DNA of 64,000 nt from Candidatus Bathyarchaeota archaeon (GTDB lineage: Archaea > Thermoproteota > Bathyarchaeia > Bathyarchaeales > Bathycorpusculaceae): positions 928,001 through 992,000 of the forward strand of contig OY970340.1 in NCBI GenBank assembly GCA_963717465.1, given 5' to 3'. Position 1 is the stretch's first letter. Every line of letters begins with the position of its first letter. A model generated the notes under the pieces. It did no database searches. It worked only from the letters and a program-made list of their open reading frames with translations, and was not told the origin of the DNA. Positions 1-12,780 of the stretch are shown one piece after another. The translations under genes and the position numbers were made by a program.

Positions 1-392
1 GCTTCTTCAAAAGGAACCCTTTTGCATTCAGGCGTATCACAATAGTAGAAGTCATGGTTTCTCTCATACTCCAACCGAACGTTCAATTTTTCAAGAACAC
101 GACGTTTCTGACTTAAAATAAACCCTTCAAGCTGATCAGGCTGAAGTCTCCAGTGAAAAATAAACCAGCCTGTTTTAGGGTCTCTTGTACGCCTTAAACT
201 TACAAGCGAATGATCATAAAGCTTGTAGAGGATTTTGCGGACTGAATTTAGGCGAATACCCGTTTTATTTGCAATTTCATCATCTGTAATCTCCTCTAAG
301 CTTTTCAGGTTCTCAATAAGTGTGATGGCTTCTTCCTCGCCAATAGCCGAAGCCACTTTCATTAAAGTTGCATCATCAATAGTGGACAGCAT
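1..392 (-). CDS. tfe: Transcription factor E (TFIIE-alpha homologue), runs off window start
   Basis: Manual translation from ATG 392: MLSTIDD...EEITDDEIANKTGIRLNSVRKILYKLYDHSLVSLRRTRDPKTGWFIFHWR, a winged-helix TFE signature, with Cys-containing sequence following; adjacent to aTrm56. Confidence 0.9.
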   Translation of the reverse strand, partial: MLSTIDDATLMKVASAIGEEEAITLIENLKSLEEITDDEIANKTGIRLNSVRKILYKLYDHSLVSLRRTRDPKTGWFIFHWRLQPDQLEGFILSQKRRVLEKLNVRLEYERNHDFYYCDTPECKRVPFEE

Positions 393-442
393 AACTAATT
401 TCCTAGCCTATAATTATTGTACATTGTTCAATAAAACTCTTC

Positions 443-1059
443 TTACTTTTCGCTCTTACTTTCCTTGTTATAATCATCTTGAACTGCTAATTTTTTGCCT
501 CTTTCTTGAGGAATTACACCTATCTTTGCTTTTTCAAAAGTCTTAGTTAATTCCTTGCCCTCAAAAAACCTGTCAAGAAATATTGCAAGAGCTGCACACT
601 CAGAATGCGGTTGATTCCCAATTGACACGTTGAAATCGGAAACCTCACTTGAATAGAACTCTCCTGGAACCTTTTGACTTCCAACAAGAATTAACAGATT
701 CCGATTCTGCTTTCTTATCCTATCTAAAACATCACTTGACTTGAATGTTTTCACCATAAACAGTCAAGTGAACCACGATTCCCCCGTTCGCCTTCCAATT
801 CTGGACTGCAGTCTTCCAAGGTGTCTCCCATTTCAAAATAGAATTCTCCACCCCAATTTCGGGTAATCTTCATCACTGTTTCTTCTATTTTTTGGTCAAT
901 TACGTCTGACAGGATAAATCCTGAAGCGCAAAGTGCACGCGCCGTTAAAGCAACATGAGTAGTTAACCTAACGTCTCTTTGTGGTCGATGACCCCACCTT
1001 AGAACTACGCATTTAACTTCTTCTTTACTTTGAGGTGTGACTGGATTGGAATTTTCCAT
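443..1059 (-). CDS. trm56: tRNA (cytidine56-2'-O)-methyltransferase, split by one frameshift; start uncertain
   Basis: VLRWGHRPQRDVRLTTHVALTARA and VGSQKVP...NVSIGNQPHSECAALAIFLDR motifs across ORFs 751..1059 and 443..757. Confidence 0.9.
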
Positions 1060-2297
1060 TTAACTGTTCAACTTTCTTTTTAATTTGTTCTGTAAACTGC
1101 GGGGTTGCCTCGAAAACTACTTGCACGGAATCGTTATTGAAACTTTCACTTTTCACTTCAGCTACCTTGTGAACCCAGGAGATGAAAGGCATGGTTTGCG
1201 AAGTTAACGGGGCAGAAAATGAGGAGTGAATATAGTTTTCAAGTATCCTTAATATTTCTTGTCTAAGAGAGTTAAGGTTCGTTTGGCACTTTGCTGATAA
1301 CAGTATAGGATTCTTGATTTTGCTTTCGAGAGTTTTCAGTTTTTCTTCTTTTTCGGATTCGCTGATCAAGTCAATTTTGTTGAGTGCAGTTATCACTGGT
1401 ATGCCTGATGCTCCGAGTCGATTAATCGTTTCATTGCAAATGTTGTTTTTACTTTCAATTGTTTCAATGGGCTCACTTAAATCTAAAACCAGTATAATCA
1501 GGTCTGAATAAATTGTTTCTTCAAGAGTTGAATGGAAAGCTTCAATCAGCGATAAAGGTAAACGATCAATGAATCCAACAGTGTCAGTTAAAAGAAATTT
1601 CCGATTTGAAAATTCAACGACCCGCGTCGTCGTAGAAAGCGTGGTAAACAGGGACTTGTCAACCCGAACTGACTCTTCAGTTAAAGCATTAAACAAAGAG
1701 CTTTTTCCAGCATTCGTGTAACCAGCCAAAGAAATAGCTAAGAAACCAAGTTCAGTTCTTCTTTCACGATGAAGAACTCTTTTTTCACGGATTTTTACTA
1801 ATTTTTTTATGAATTGTTTGAACTTGACGTTTTATTGCTTCCCTGTAAACGTCAGCCTCATAAGCTCCAAGACCCATAAATCCCGGTTGTTCACGCATTT
1901 TGGCTAATCGCACTTTTTCTTTTGCGTGCTTAAGCTCGTTCTTCAATGTTGCGAGTTGAATCTGAAGTTGTGCTTCGGTGGTTGTGGCTCTTTTAGTGAA
2001 GATTTCAAGGATAAGTTGAAAGCGGTCGATAACTTCAACTTTGGTTGCTTTCGCTAAATTGTATGTTTGAACGGTTCTTAATTGATTGTCAAAAATTATT
2101 TTGTTTGCATCGTTTTCTTTAACTAAAGCCGCTAGCTCCTCAACTTTTCCAGCGCCTATTTGATAACGAGCATCAGGCGGTCTTGTCTGCTCCATGGTTG
2201 CGACAACTGTGTAACCAGCGGATTCAGCTAGCTGTCTTAACTCATCTAAACTTGATTTTTCACGATTTAAACGTCGCTGAACTATGATTGCTTTCGT
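1025..2297 (-). CDS. hflX: GTPase HflX, frameshifted; start approximate
   Basis: IGAGKVEEL, IDRFQLILEIF, AGYTNAGKSSLFNALT, DTVGFI, NKID. Confidence 0.92.
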
Positions 2298-2829
2298 TCT
2301 TTAGGCTCCCCGCCTTCCTTGTTTAAATCAATAATGTCTCCCAGCGTCAATTCTCGGTTTGAAGATTTAGGAGTTTCCTGCTTGATTTTTTCTTCACTTA
2401 TCGGCACAAGTAACTTGATTTTCAACACATGCTCAAGTTTCGAGGTAAGCAAGTTGTTTGGAGCCATTTTTCCTGTTTCAATATGCCTTAGAACGGAGGC
2501 TTTTTCATTTATTTTTGAGCCCAGTTCTTCATGGGATAAACCGAGTTTTTCCCTTGCCGACTCTTATGGCTGAATCGTAATCTTCAACTAATTCCTGAGT
2601 AAATTCAACTTTAGCAACTGGAGGCTTTTTTTTCTGCACCATCGCAACAGGCGCTCTTTGCCTTATTGAGTATTTGTGCCATTTGTGCTTTCTTTTCACG
2701 GTTTTCTTCTTCACGCAGAATTATTCTTCCATGCTTTGAACACTCAACGCAAACTGTTAATTTTGCGCCTTCAATTAATGCCCGAATTGGGTCACCGTGA
2801 ATTTTGCGTCCACAGACTTCGCATCTCAA
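2282..2829 (-). CDS. mbf1: Archaeal multiprotein bridging factor aMBF1 (Zn-ribbon + HTH), frameshifted
   Basis: MRCEVCG...IEGAKLTVCVECSK, ELVEDY, C-terminal LTLGDI; next to hflX. Confidence 0.85.
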
Positions 2830-2911
2830 GATAAATTGTCCCCTTTCATTGTCTTTATTATATTGTAATGTTTATACTTGTCGAATAAAAAAACAAATAA
2901 TGGTGAAATGC

Positions 2912-3376
2912 ATGGAGGATTCACTGGGCAGAGTAAGAAGCGTTGCGGATTATCAATTCGGCAAAGGTGTAGGCGATAAACTCTTTCCTGAAAACGTTGA
3001 AATCCTGTATTCTCCAAGAACCGGAAGAATACGATACGTTAATTTGAACGGTGAAAGGCTAGCAACGATGCGCCCAACAGACGGTTTGCTTTCATTAAGT
3101 ATTAAGGCTGCTTGCTTCATGGCTGAAAACCTAAGTTTTGCCCAATGTTTTGTTACTGTTCAAAATGATGTTTCAAAGTATATTGCTGCAGGCGGAGATG
3201 TTTTTGCCGTGCACGTCGTAAACACGTCTGAAGTTCGTGCTAAAGATGAAGTTATTGTTGTTGATGAAGAAAAACATGTTTTAGCTGTTGGACGGGCAAT
3301 GCTTTCAAGTTCTGAGATGAAAGCTTTCAAAACTGGAGTTGCAGTTAAGGTAAGACATGGTTCAAAGGAAAGTTAA
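2912..3376 (+). CDS. PUA-domain protein (archaeosine TGT C-terminal-like)
   Basis: SVADYQFG, SPRTGRIR, GGDVFAVHV, GVAVKVRHG; GGTGA SD before ATG 2912. Confidence 0.8.
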   Translation: MEDSLGRVRSVADYQFGKGVGDKLFPENVEILYSPRTGRIRYVNLNGERLATMRPTDGLLSLSIKAACFMAENLSFAQCFVTVQNDVSKYIAAGGDVFAVHVVNTSEVRAKDEVIVVDEEKHVLAVGRAMLSSSEMKAFKTGVAVKVRHGSKES

Positions 3377-3421
3377 GTATATAGAGACCTAATGTAGAAT
3401 ACTAGGATAGAGTGGATCTTA

Positions 3422-3799
3422 ATGCACAGACGCATGAATCCCCGTGAACAAAAACGATATGATGCAACGAATGGGCATGAACATGGATTCTGTGCCGACG
3501 TTAAACAAGTCATAATCAAAACCAGCAGCAAAGACATAATCATTAATGAGCCTGAAGTTGCAATTTTACAGGTTCAAGGTCAAAAAATGTACCAGATTAT
3601 CGGCGGTCAAGTTTCAGAACAAACTGCTTCTCAACGCCAAGCTGCTGCACAGCTGCTCAATCTGCTCAGCCTGTAATTTCTGAGGAAGATGTGAGGCTTA
3701 GTTGCAGATCAAACGGGTAAAAGTTTGGCTGATGCTAAAAAAGCCCTAGAAGAATGTCAAGGAGATTTGGCTAAAGCTATACTGTTGCTTCAGTCTTAG
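3422..3799 (+). CDS. nac: Nascent polypeptide-associated complex protein, frameshifted
   Basis: MNPREQKR, IIINEPEV, C-terminal UBA-like AKKALEECQGDLAKAILLLQS in a shifted frame. Confidence 0.85.
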
Positions 3800-3857
3800 C
3801 GTTTATTGAATGGTTATTTATATGTTGTTTGCACATTAATCATTCGAGGCTTGAGTA

Positions 3858-4782
3858 GTGATTCAAAACGCCGACGTAACAGTAGTCGGTCACTTCTCAA
3901 TGGATACCATTTTACTGCCAAGCCGAATCTTCGCCATTCCATGTCTTAGGCGGTAGTGCAGCCTACACTTCCTTTATTGCCAGAAAATTATGCGCTTCCA
4001 CCAGCGTTATCTCAAAAGTCGGCGGGGATTTCCCGAAAGCGTACTTGTGGTGGCTAAGTCAAGAAGGCATCGACGTATCGAATGTTACTAGAATTGCTGA
4101 TGAGCATTCCACGAGTTTTGTGCTTGAATACAGCAAAGACTTGTCTGAAAGAACTTTAAGGTTAACAAGTAAAGGTTCCTCCGATTGACCTGTCAGATAT
4201 ACCTTCAAGATGCGTTCCAGTGGGATTCATGTTGCGCCAATCGCAAATGAAGTATCGCTTGAAGTTGTTGAAAAACTGAAGAGTTGCTGTGAACGTATTA
4301 TCTATTGATCCTCAGGGTTTACTTAGAAGTTTCGATGAAAATGGAATCGTAAACAACAGCACTCAGATAGATAAACGCCTGCTTAGTTTTGTTACATTTA
4401 CAAGTCTTCTTTAGATGAAATTTCTTCGTTAACAGGAATTTCAGAGATTGAAACCTGCAGTTAAGGCTATTCATGATTTTGGCGTAGAAACAGTGATAGC
4501 AACCATGGGTGCTAAAGGTGCTTTGCTTTCAGTTGAGGGCACTCAATACAAATTCCTGTTTGCCCCTCCAAAGTTTTGGTTGATCCGACGGGTGCAGGCG
4601 ACGTTTTCATAGGCGCCTTCTTAAACGAGTACCTTAAAGATAAAGAATCTTTTTGGTGTGCTTGCGTTGGTTCAGCTGCGGCATCTTTGGTTATTGAGGG
4701 GATTGGACCAACTTATTTTGGGGAAAAAGAAGAGATTTATCAAAGAGCAACTTCTTTGTATGAAAAAGAAATTAAGCAATAG
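3858..4782 (+). CDS. PfkB-family carbohydrate kinase, several frameshifts
   Basis: N-terminal VVGHFSMDTI, SKVGGDF, C-terminal anion-hole motif VDPTGAGDVFIGAF. Confidence 0.8.
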
Positions 4783-4826
4783 TGCACATGTACTTATTAA
4801 AATCGTGTCAATTAAGGCTGTAATGC

Positions 4827-5037
4827 ATGGGACGCGTAGATAAAGGAGTTAAATGTGACGTGTTCAGGTTGCAGCACTGAAGCTGCTCGATCATTATCCG
4901 TTGACAAAGTTAAAGCTGCAGGGTTAAAGGTTAGCACTAGTGAGAAGCGAGCTTACCTTTGCAAAGAACATTATAAAGAATTCAAGAAGAAGAATAAGAA
5001 AGATAAAACGCTTGAAAAATGGCGTTATGGCGCTTAA
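4827..5037 (+). CDS. Small conserved Zn-binding protein upstream of thrS, one frameshift
   Basis: MGRVDKGVKC..GC...ARSLS...LCKEHYKEFKK (C-C-C-H ligands). Confidence 0.6.
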
Positions 5038-5055
5038 TTGACGAGAGAATGAATC

Positions 5056-6943
5056 ATGAGGATCCTGCAGTTACACTCTGACTATATCGTTTTCAAGCCT
5101 ATTGAGAAAGAAATCGCTATAGCTGAGGAAGCTGAGAAAAAAGAAAATCGTTTAGAAGAAATTGTAGTTTTATTCACCGCTGTTGAAGAAGGCGATAACG
5201 CTGCATTGGCACAAAAAGCCGTTGATGACGTTAGAGCTTTTCTTGGAAAACTCAAGGTTAACCGCATTCTAATTTATCCTTTCGCGCATCTAAGCAGTAA
5301 CCTGTCAAAGCCATCTGAAGCATTAAAAATCATTAAAGACATGGAAGCATACGCAAAAGAAAAAGGAATAGAAACATATCGAGCACCCTTTGGCTGGAAC
5401 AAGCAATTCACGATCTCGATTAAGGGGCATCCATTGGCTGAGCAAGCACGCTCTTACGCTCCAGCGGCAACGACCAAAACGGTCGAAGTGAAAACCTGAA
5501 GAGGAAAAAGTTTCAGCAGCCTTGAAAGCTGAGGATAAAATGGAGTCATTCTGGCATATACTAACTCCAGAAGGTCAACTCGTGCCCATTGAACAATTCA
5601 AGTTTAAAGGTCATGTTAACCTCGAAAAATTCTCAAGATACGAAATCAAAAAGGCCCGGGCGGTAACACAGATGCCTCCCCATGTAACCTTGATGAAGCG
5701 GCTGGAAATTGCAGATTATGAGATGGGCAGTGACCCTGGAAACATACGTTGGTATCCTAAAGGGCGCATGATTAAATCACTGCTTGAACAGTACGTTAAT
5801 AATCGAGTGGCAGCATACGGCGGCATGGAAGTTGAAACTCCGCTCATGTACGACTTCAATCACCCAAGCTTATCAAGCTACCTCAACCGGTTCCCAGCAC
5901 GTCAATACGTCCTTAAATCTGAAGATAAAGAACTTTTCCTGCGTTTTGCTGCATGCTTTGGTCAATTCCTAATGGCCCACGACGCCCAGTTTAGCTATAA
6001 GCAGATGCCATTGAAACTTTACGAACTTACCCGATACAGCTTCAGACGAGAAAAAAGCGGCGAAGTCGTCGGCTTAAAACGCTTGCGTGCATTTACTATG
6101 CCTGATTGCCATGCCTTCTGCACTGACATTGAACAAGCCAAAAAAGAATTCATGATACGCTTCAACCTATGCATCGATGTTCTAGCTCATATCGGCTTAG
6201 TGCCTGATGATTACGAAATTGCCATGCGCTTTACCAAAAACTTTTACGCTGAACACAAAGACTTCATAAATGAACTGGTAAAAGCGTTCGGTAAACCCAT
6301 CCTCGCTGAAGTCTGGAATGAACGATTCTTCTATTTCGCGCTTAAATGGGACCTTAACTTTATTGACAACCAAGATAAAGCCGCAGCTCTTAGCACCGAC
6401 CAAATTGATGTCGAAAACGCTAAACGGTACGAAATAACCTACGTTGATGAGAAAGGCGAGAAACAGTATCCGCTTATCCTGCATTGTTCACCAAGTGGAG
6501 CAATTGAAAGAGACATCTACGCTTTATTAGAGAAGGCCTACAAGGAGCAGATGGCTGGGCAAGCGCCTATGCTTCCATTGTGGCTTTCTCCGACTCAAGT
6601 GCGTTTGATTCCGATTTCTGACAAATTCCAGGGCAAAGTTGAAGAAATCGCCCAACAAGTTTCTTCACGTTGCATACGTGTGGACATTGATGATACGGCA
6701 TCCACTTTGCAAAAGAAGATAAGGGAAGCTGAGCAAGAATGGGTCCCGTACATTATTGTGATCGGCGAAAAAGAGGTTGAGTCTGGAATGCTTTCAGTTA
6801 GAGAACGGGGAAGTAAAGGTGCGCAGAAGAATATAACTGTTGACGAGTTAATTGCTAAGATTACTGACAGAATTGCTGGTATGCCTTTTAAACCGGTTCC
6901 TTTGTCTATTTATCTTTCAAAAAGACCGCAATTTCACGGTTGA
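5056..6943 (+). CDS. thrS: Threonyl-tRNA synthetase (archaeal type with N-terminal editing domain), one frameshift near 5495
   Basis: MRILQLHSD, YPFAHLS, APFGWNK, GHPLAE; LRFAACFGQF, FRREKSGE, LHCSPSGAIER. Confidence 0.95.
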
Positions 6944-7024
6944 TAAACGAATCGTATAGATTATTGTCATAAACTATATCAAAACGCGAAGACATGTAAA
7001 AAAAGGATTCGTGAGGGAAAAAAA

Positions 7025-7909
7025 GTGGATAAAGAATTAGTGGTTTACATCGATGGGGAATATTACCCCAAATCACAAGCCAAAATATCAGTTTTTGACC
7101 ATGGCTTACTTTATGGCGATGGCGTATTCGAAGGAATTCGCGAATACAACGGCATCGTATTCAAACTCAAAGAGCATATTGATCGATTATACCGTTCAGC
7201 ACATGCAATAACATTAAAGATTCCATTAACTAAGCAAGAAATGACAAATACCGTCCTGCAGACTTTGCGAAAAAACAATTTGAAAGATTCATACATACGG
7301 TTGGTTGTTACCAGAGGAGCTGGCGACCTCGGCTTAGATCCCAGAAAATGCCCCAAAGCCTCCGTTATAGTTATCACTGACGCTATTGTCCTGCATTCGG
7401 CGGGAGCAAAAGAAAACGGTATAACTACTATGTTCTCATGGGTCAGAAGAAACCCAGTTGATGCTGCGTCGCACGAGATAAAATCGCTCAATTACCTCAA
7501 CAGTATACTTGCAAAGATCGAGGCAAACGCGAATGGAGTTGACGAAGCAATCTGTCTAGAAAGTAACGGGTACATAGCTGAAGGTGTGGGTGAAAACATT
7601 TTCATCGTTAAAGACGGCAGGATTCTAACTCCGCCGACGTCCACTGGAGCCTTAGCGGGTATTACTGCGGAAATCACTGTTAAACTTGCCAAAGACTTAG
7701 GCTACGATGTTACTGTAACTAATCTTACTCCATTCATGATGTTTACTGCTGACGAAGCATTCTTAACGGGAACAGCCATGGAGATGGTTCCAATAAGAGA
7801 AGTAAACAAAAGACAAATTGGTACAGGGAAGCCTGGACCAGTTACCAAGAAGTTGATGGGTGCATTTCAAAAGGTAATTGCTGACTCCTCGTCAGGTATA
7901 CCTATCTAA
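7025..7909 (+). CDS. ilvE: Branched-chain amino acid aminotransferase (class IV)
   Basis: DHGLLYGDGVFEGIR, KSLNY, EGVGENIF, LAGIT, ADEAFLTGT. Confidence 0.93.
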   Translation: MDKELVVYIDGEYYPKSQAKISVFDHGLLYGDGVFEGIREYNGIVFKLKEHIDRLYRSAHAITLKIPLTKQEMTNTVLQTLRKNNLKDSYIRLVVTRGAGDLGLDPRKCPKASVIVITDAIVLHSAGAKENGITTMFSWVRRNPVDAASHEIKSLNYLNSILAKIEANANGVDEAICLESNGYIAEGVGENIFIVKDGRILTPPTSTGALAGITAEITVKLAKDLGYDVTVTNLTPFMMFTADEAFLTGTAMEMVPIREVNKRQIGTGKPGPVTKKLMGAFQKVIADSSSGIPI

Positions 7910-9113
7910 CTTTCTTATTTTTCATGAAATCTTCAATCTTGTTAAAGGCTTCCTCGAGTGTCTTTATCGGCGGCAAGAAGACTACTCTTGCATGTCCTGC
8001 ACCGTAAACGGCATCAAAACCTGAACCGTTCACTGTTAAAACACCTGTTTCTCTTAGTAGGTCAACGACAAATTCCATGTCGTTTTTCCATCTTGAGCCC
8101 ACGCCATGAATTTTTGGGAAAATGTAGAAGGCGCCATCAGGCTTAGTGGTGCTTATTCCTTCAATCTCATTTAGCCTTTTCCAAGAGAAGTCTCTTCGTT
8201 GTTTAAGTCGGTCAACGATGTCCTTTACCATATCTTGCGGCCCATTTAGTGCTGCTGTAGCTGCTATCTGCACTGGCGTGTTTGCGCATATTCGTATTCT
8301 GCATTCCTTCTCAACTGAATTCTTAAGTTCTTCAAGCTTTTTTCCTTCACCCTTGAAGTACATGTAGCCAAGCCGTAAACCCGTCATCTGGTAAACTTTT
8401 GAGAATCCATTTAATCCAACGACTTGCACATCCTTAGCGAGGTGAGCAGCACTCACAAATTCAGTATCATACACTATCTGATCATAGATTTCATCAGACA
8501 CGACTAAAAGGTTGTATTCTGCAGCAATATCCAGCATCTCTTTAACGGTCTTTCTTCCGTAAACTGCTCCTGTAGGGTTGTTTGGGTTGATAATTACTAT
8601 TGCGCGGGTTTTATCTGAAATTTTGCTTCTTAAATCATCCATGTTAGGCTGCCAATTTTGTTCTTCGATTGTTTCGTAGGCAACAGGTGTGCCGTCAAAG
8701 AATCTGGTATAAGAAATGTAAGGTGGATAAGTAGGTCCTGGAAAGAGGATTTCATCCCCTTTTTCTACGAGGGCAGCAAGTATCATCTGTATTCCTTCTG
8801 AAATGCCCTCGGTTACTAACACGTTTTCAGCTGTAATGTCAACATTGTTTATTCTTTTTTCTTTTTTAACGATTGCCTCACGAAGGTCAGCTCTTCCTTC
8901 TGAGGGCGAGTAATAATTATCATCCTGTTCAACTGCCTTGCATAAGGCATCTTTGACGTTTTGAGGAGTCTTGAAGTCAAATGCGGCAGGGTCGCCGATG
9001 TTAAGATAATAGATTTTTTTACCCTTTTTTATAAGCTCATCAGTGTAAGATATGACATCGCGTATTGCATATTCGATGTTTTTTGCTCTATTAGTTACTT
9101 TTATGTCCGCCAA
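7902..9113 (-). CDS. Class I/II PLP aminotransferase (alanine aminotransferase-like)
   Basis: YAIRD, LNIGDP, INPNNPTGAVY, SDEIY, NGFSKVY..TGLRLG. Confidence 0.88.
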   Translation of the reverse strand: MADIKVTNRAKNIEYAIRDVISYTDELIKKGKKIYYLNIGDPAAFDFKTPQNVKDALCKAVEQDDNYYSPSEGRADLREAIVKKEKRINNVDITAENVLVTEGISEGIQMILAALVEKGDEILFPGPTYPPYISYTRFFDGTPVAYETIEEQNWQPNMDDLRSKISDKTRAIVIINPNNPTGAVYGRKTVKEMLDIAAEYNLLVVSDEIYDQIVYDTEFVSAAHLAKDVQVVGLNGFSKVYQMTGLRLGYMYFKGEGKKLEELKNSVEKECRIRICANTPVQIAATAALNGPQDMVKDIVDRLKQRRDFSWKRLNEIEGISTTKPDGAFYIFPKIHGVGSRWKNDMEFVVDLLRETGVLTVNGSGFDAVYGAGHARVVFLPPIKTLEEAFNKIEDFMKNKKVR

Positions 9114-9287
9114 AGTTAGTTACCTGTACCCCAACCGTGTGTTAACAAAAAAATAAAGCTTCCTAACAACTATTTTCCGTAACTTTCTTCAAATGTGGTT
9201 TTGTTCAACATTTCATAAAGCGGAATCATTTCTAAACATATTTTTATTCACGTTTCCACCTGTTCTTTAATGCTTTGGTGACATCCA

Positions 9288-11122
9288 TTGAATGGTTGGA
9301 ACGGCGTTTTTCTTAACGTAAACCTGAGTAAACAGAAGGCAGAAGCAGAGAGGTATACAGTTGACTTAGCGCAAAACTTCATGGGTGGAAGAGGCTTTGC
9401 CGTCAAAATTCTATGGGATAGACTTTCACCTGGAATCGACCCCTTGTCACCTGAAAATAAACTAATCTTTGCTACTGGTCCATTGACAGGAATCGGCCTG
9501 CCCAACAGTGGCAAGCTTGTTGTCGCATCCAAAAGTCCATTAACAGGAGGTTATGGTGATGGGAACATTGGAACAATGGCGGCTGTTCAAATGCGAAAGG
9601 CAGGCTACGACGCAATTATCATTGAAGGAAAAGCAAAAACGCCTGTTGTTCTGCACATTAAAGATAAAACCATCGAGTTTGTAGATGCCAAGGAATATTG
9701 GGGATTAACCGCGCCTAAAGCCGAAACTAAACTTCGAAAAATGTACACACGATCAACTGGAATCCTATCCATTGGTCCAGCCGGAGAAAACTTGGTCAAG
9801 TTTGCAGCTGTGGTTTCCCAAGAAGGTCGTGCAGGCGGAAGGCCTGGAATGGGTGCAGTTATGGGGTCTAAGAATTTGAAGGCTGTCGCGGTTGAAGGTA
9901 GCTACGAAATACCTCTTGGCCGACCAGAAAGAAATGAAACGATTAGCTGGCGATGGCTACCGTGAAGTCTTGACTAAACCAGTTTATCCGCTTTGGAAAA
10001 GGCAGGGGACAATGGGCACGGTGGAGTGGAGTCAAGCAAATTGCGTTCTGCCTACGTACAACTATAAGCAGGGAACATTTGACAAGGCCGACGAAGTGGG
10101 CGGTTACGCCATGGAAAAAATCAAGGTTAACAATCGCGGATGTCCACAATGTAACATGACCTGCGGAAACGTGGTTATCGACTCTGAGAAAAAAGAATCA
10201 GAGCTTGACTATGAAAATGTCGTAATGTTGGGTCCAAATATTGGTTTGGGAAATCTTGAAGAAATTGCTACTTTAAATCGAATGGCGGATGAGCTTGGGT
10301 TTGACTCGATTTCTCTTGGTAACGTGCTTGGTTTCGCAATGGAGGCTTCTGAAAAAGGATTAATCACTGAGGATGTTCCATGGGGAAGATTCCAAGAAAC
10401 GAAGAGTTTGATCGAGGATATAGCTTACAGGCGAGGTTTAGGCGCGACCTTAGCTGACGGGGTCAGGGCTGCATCAGCTGTTTTTGGAGAGGAATCTCGT
10501 GATTGGGCAATGCACATAAAGGGATTGGAAATAACAGCTTATGATTGCCACGCAGCGCCCGGGATGGCTTTGGCTTACGGCACAAGCTCCATAGGTGCAC
10601 ATCATAAAGACGCGTGGATAATTACTTGGGAAATCAAAATTGGCAGAGATAACTACGATGAATCCAAGATTGACAAGATTATTGATGCTCAGCGGATTCG
10701 CGGCGGAGTTTTCGAGGCGCTTACGGTTTGTAAATTTCCCAGTAACTCGCTTGGTCTTGAACTTGAATGGTACCATAAATACTTACGTGCTGCTACTGGA
10801 CAGGATTATTCTTTCAAGATGTTAAATCAAATTGCGGACCGAATACTGAACTTGATGAGGGCTTTCTGGGTACGAGAATCCGACGGAAAATGGAATCGGG
10901 AAATGGATTATCCTCCAGCAGAGATGGTTCAAGGAACCCTTGCCTGAGGGTCAATTGAAAGGCTCAAAGCTTGACAAGGGCAAGTACGATGAAATGCTTA
11001 GCATTTACTACCGAAAGAAAGGTTGGGATTCACGTGGAATACCAACAAAATCTACCTTGAAAAACCTTGGCTTGAATGATGAAGCAAAGCAGCTTGGTCA
11101 GTTTGTGAAATTGCAAGATTGA
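9288..11122 (+). CDS. aor: Tungsten-type aldehyde:ferredoxin oxidoreductase family protein, two frameshifts
   Basis: MGGRG, SKSPLTG, SIGPAGENLVKFA, GRPGMGAVMGSKNLKA, CPQCNMTC, YYRKKGWDSRGIPT. Confidence 0.92.
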
Positions 11123-11132
11123 ACGTTTGCGG

Positions 11133-12576
11133 TTAATATGACCGCGCAAAATACACTATTTCTTTAGCCTTTTGTCCGCAGTAAATGCAATTTGCTGTTA
11201 TTTCTTCTTTTTGGAATGGTCGAACTCGAATTGTTGAGCCTGTTTCATCCTTTATTTTTGCTTCACAGTCAGCGCTTCCACACCATGCTGCCTTGATGAA
11301 TCCGCCTTTATCTTCCAAGATTTTCTTAAATTCTTCGTATGTCTGTGCAGATGAGATTTTTTCTTTCAGTAGCGCTTGTGCTTTTGAAAACATGGATTTC
11401 TGTATTTCATCTAAAAGTTTAGGCACAGTTTCCAGAACTTCTTGTTCTTTAACTGGATTCTTTTGACCTGTATCTCTTCTTACCATTACCACTTGCTGTT
11501 GTTTTAGGTCTCTAGGTCCAATTTCTATTCTGATGGGTACTCCTTTTAGTTCCCAATGGTTAAATTTCCAGCCTGGAGTATACTCTTGCCTATCATCTAA
11601 GACAGCGGTTATTCCTTTCGCAGTTAGCATTTCATAGATTTCTTTTGCTTTGGCGGCTATTGCAGCGGGTTCAGCGCCCTTGTAGGGTATTGGCACAACG
11701 ACTACTTGCGTGGGAGCAACTTTGGGAGGCATAACTAAGCCTTTGTCGTCTCCATGAACCATAATCATCGCGCCGATTAGGCGAGTCGATATGCCCCAGC
11801 TAGTTTGCCAAACGTAATGCTCTACTTTATCTTCACCGATGAATTTAATATCAAAAACTTTAGCAAAGTGCTGACCAAGATTGTGGCTTGTTCCCATTTG
11901 AAGAGCTTTTCCATCAGGCATAATTGCCTCCAGCGAGGTCGTATATTGGGCTCCAGCAAACTTTTCGCTGTCACTTTTCACACCGACTAAGACAGGAATA
12001 GCCAAGTAATTCTCAACTAAATCCTTGTACTCATTTAAAGCATAGGTCACTTCAGCTTCAGCTTCCTCGCTTGACGCATGTGCAGTGTGACCTTCTTGCC
12101 ATAGGAACTCACGGGTTCGCAGGAAAAGTTTGGTAGCTTTTGTTTCCCACCTTACTATGTTACACCACTGGTTAATTTTTAAGGGTAAATCACGCCAACT
12201 GCGAATCCACTTGTTGAATGTGTCATACATTATGGTTTCGCTTGTCGGTCTAAGGGCTAATTTTTCATCTAAAGGTGTATCTCCGCCCTGAGTGATCCAT
12301 GCTACTTCAGGTGTAAATCCCTCAAAATGCTCTGCTTCCTTTTTCAGAAAAGCTTCAGGAATAAACATTGGGAAATACACGTTCCGGTGTCCCGTAGCCT
12401 TGATTTTCTTGTTAAAGATTTCTTGAATTTTTTCCCAAACAGCGTAGGCATCTTCGCGGATAATCATGCAGCCTTTCACAGGGGCATAATCTGCAAGTTC
12501 AGCTTTCAAGACTACTTCAACGTACCATTCTGAAAAATCTTGGCTTTTCTTTAACGGTTACTCCAGTATCTGACAT
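11133..12576 (-). CDS. proS: Prolyl-tRNA synthetase, frameshift near N-terminus
   Basis: DFSEWY, LRPTSET, FLRTREFLWQEGHT, C-terminal FARSY. Confidence 0.95.
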
Positions 12577-12780
12577 GAGTATACTCTTCGGTGTCAGTTC
12601 TATGCGTAAAAAGCATATAACCATAACGGGACACTAACAATAAACGCAAGGTTCAAAAGATTTTTCTTCTCCAAAAATTCATCGCGATTTCTCTCATTGA
12701 AACCGTTTTAATTCCAGGCAATCTAAAGCATAAAGGTTAATACTTGAAGACCACCAAATCCATCCCAGAGATGAAATTAA

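Noticed and set aside
5490..5525. TGA between the two thrS ORFs as possible Sec read-through or a split ThrRS
   Set aside because: The downstream part is in a different frame; removing one A from GTGAAAACC restores VKPEEEKVSAALKAE, so this is an indel.
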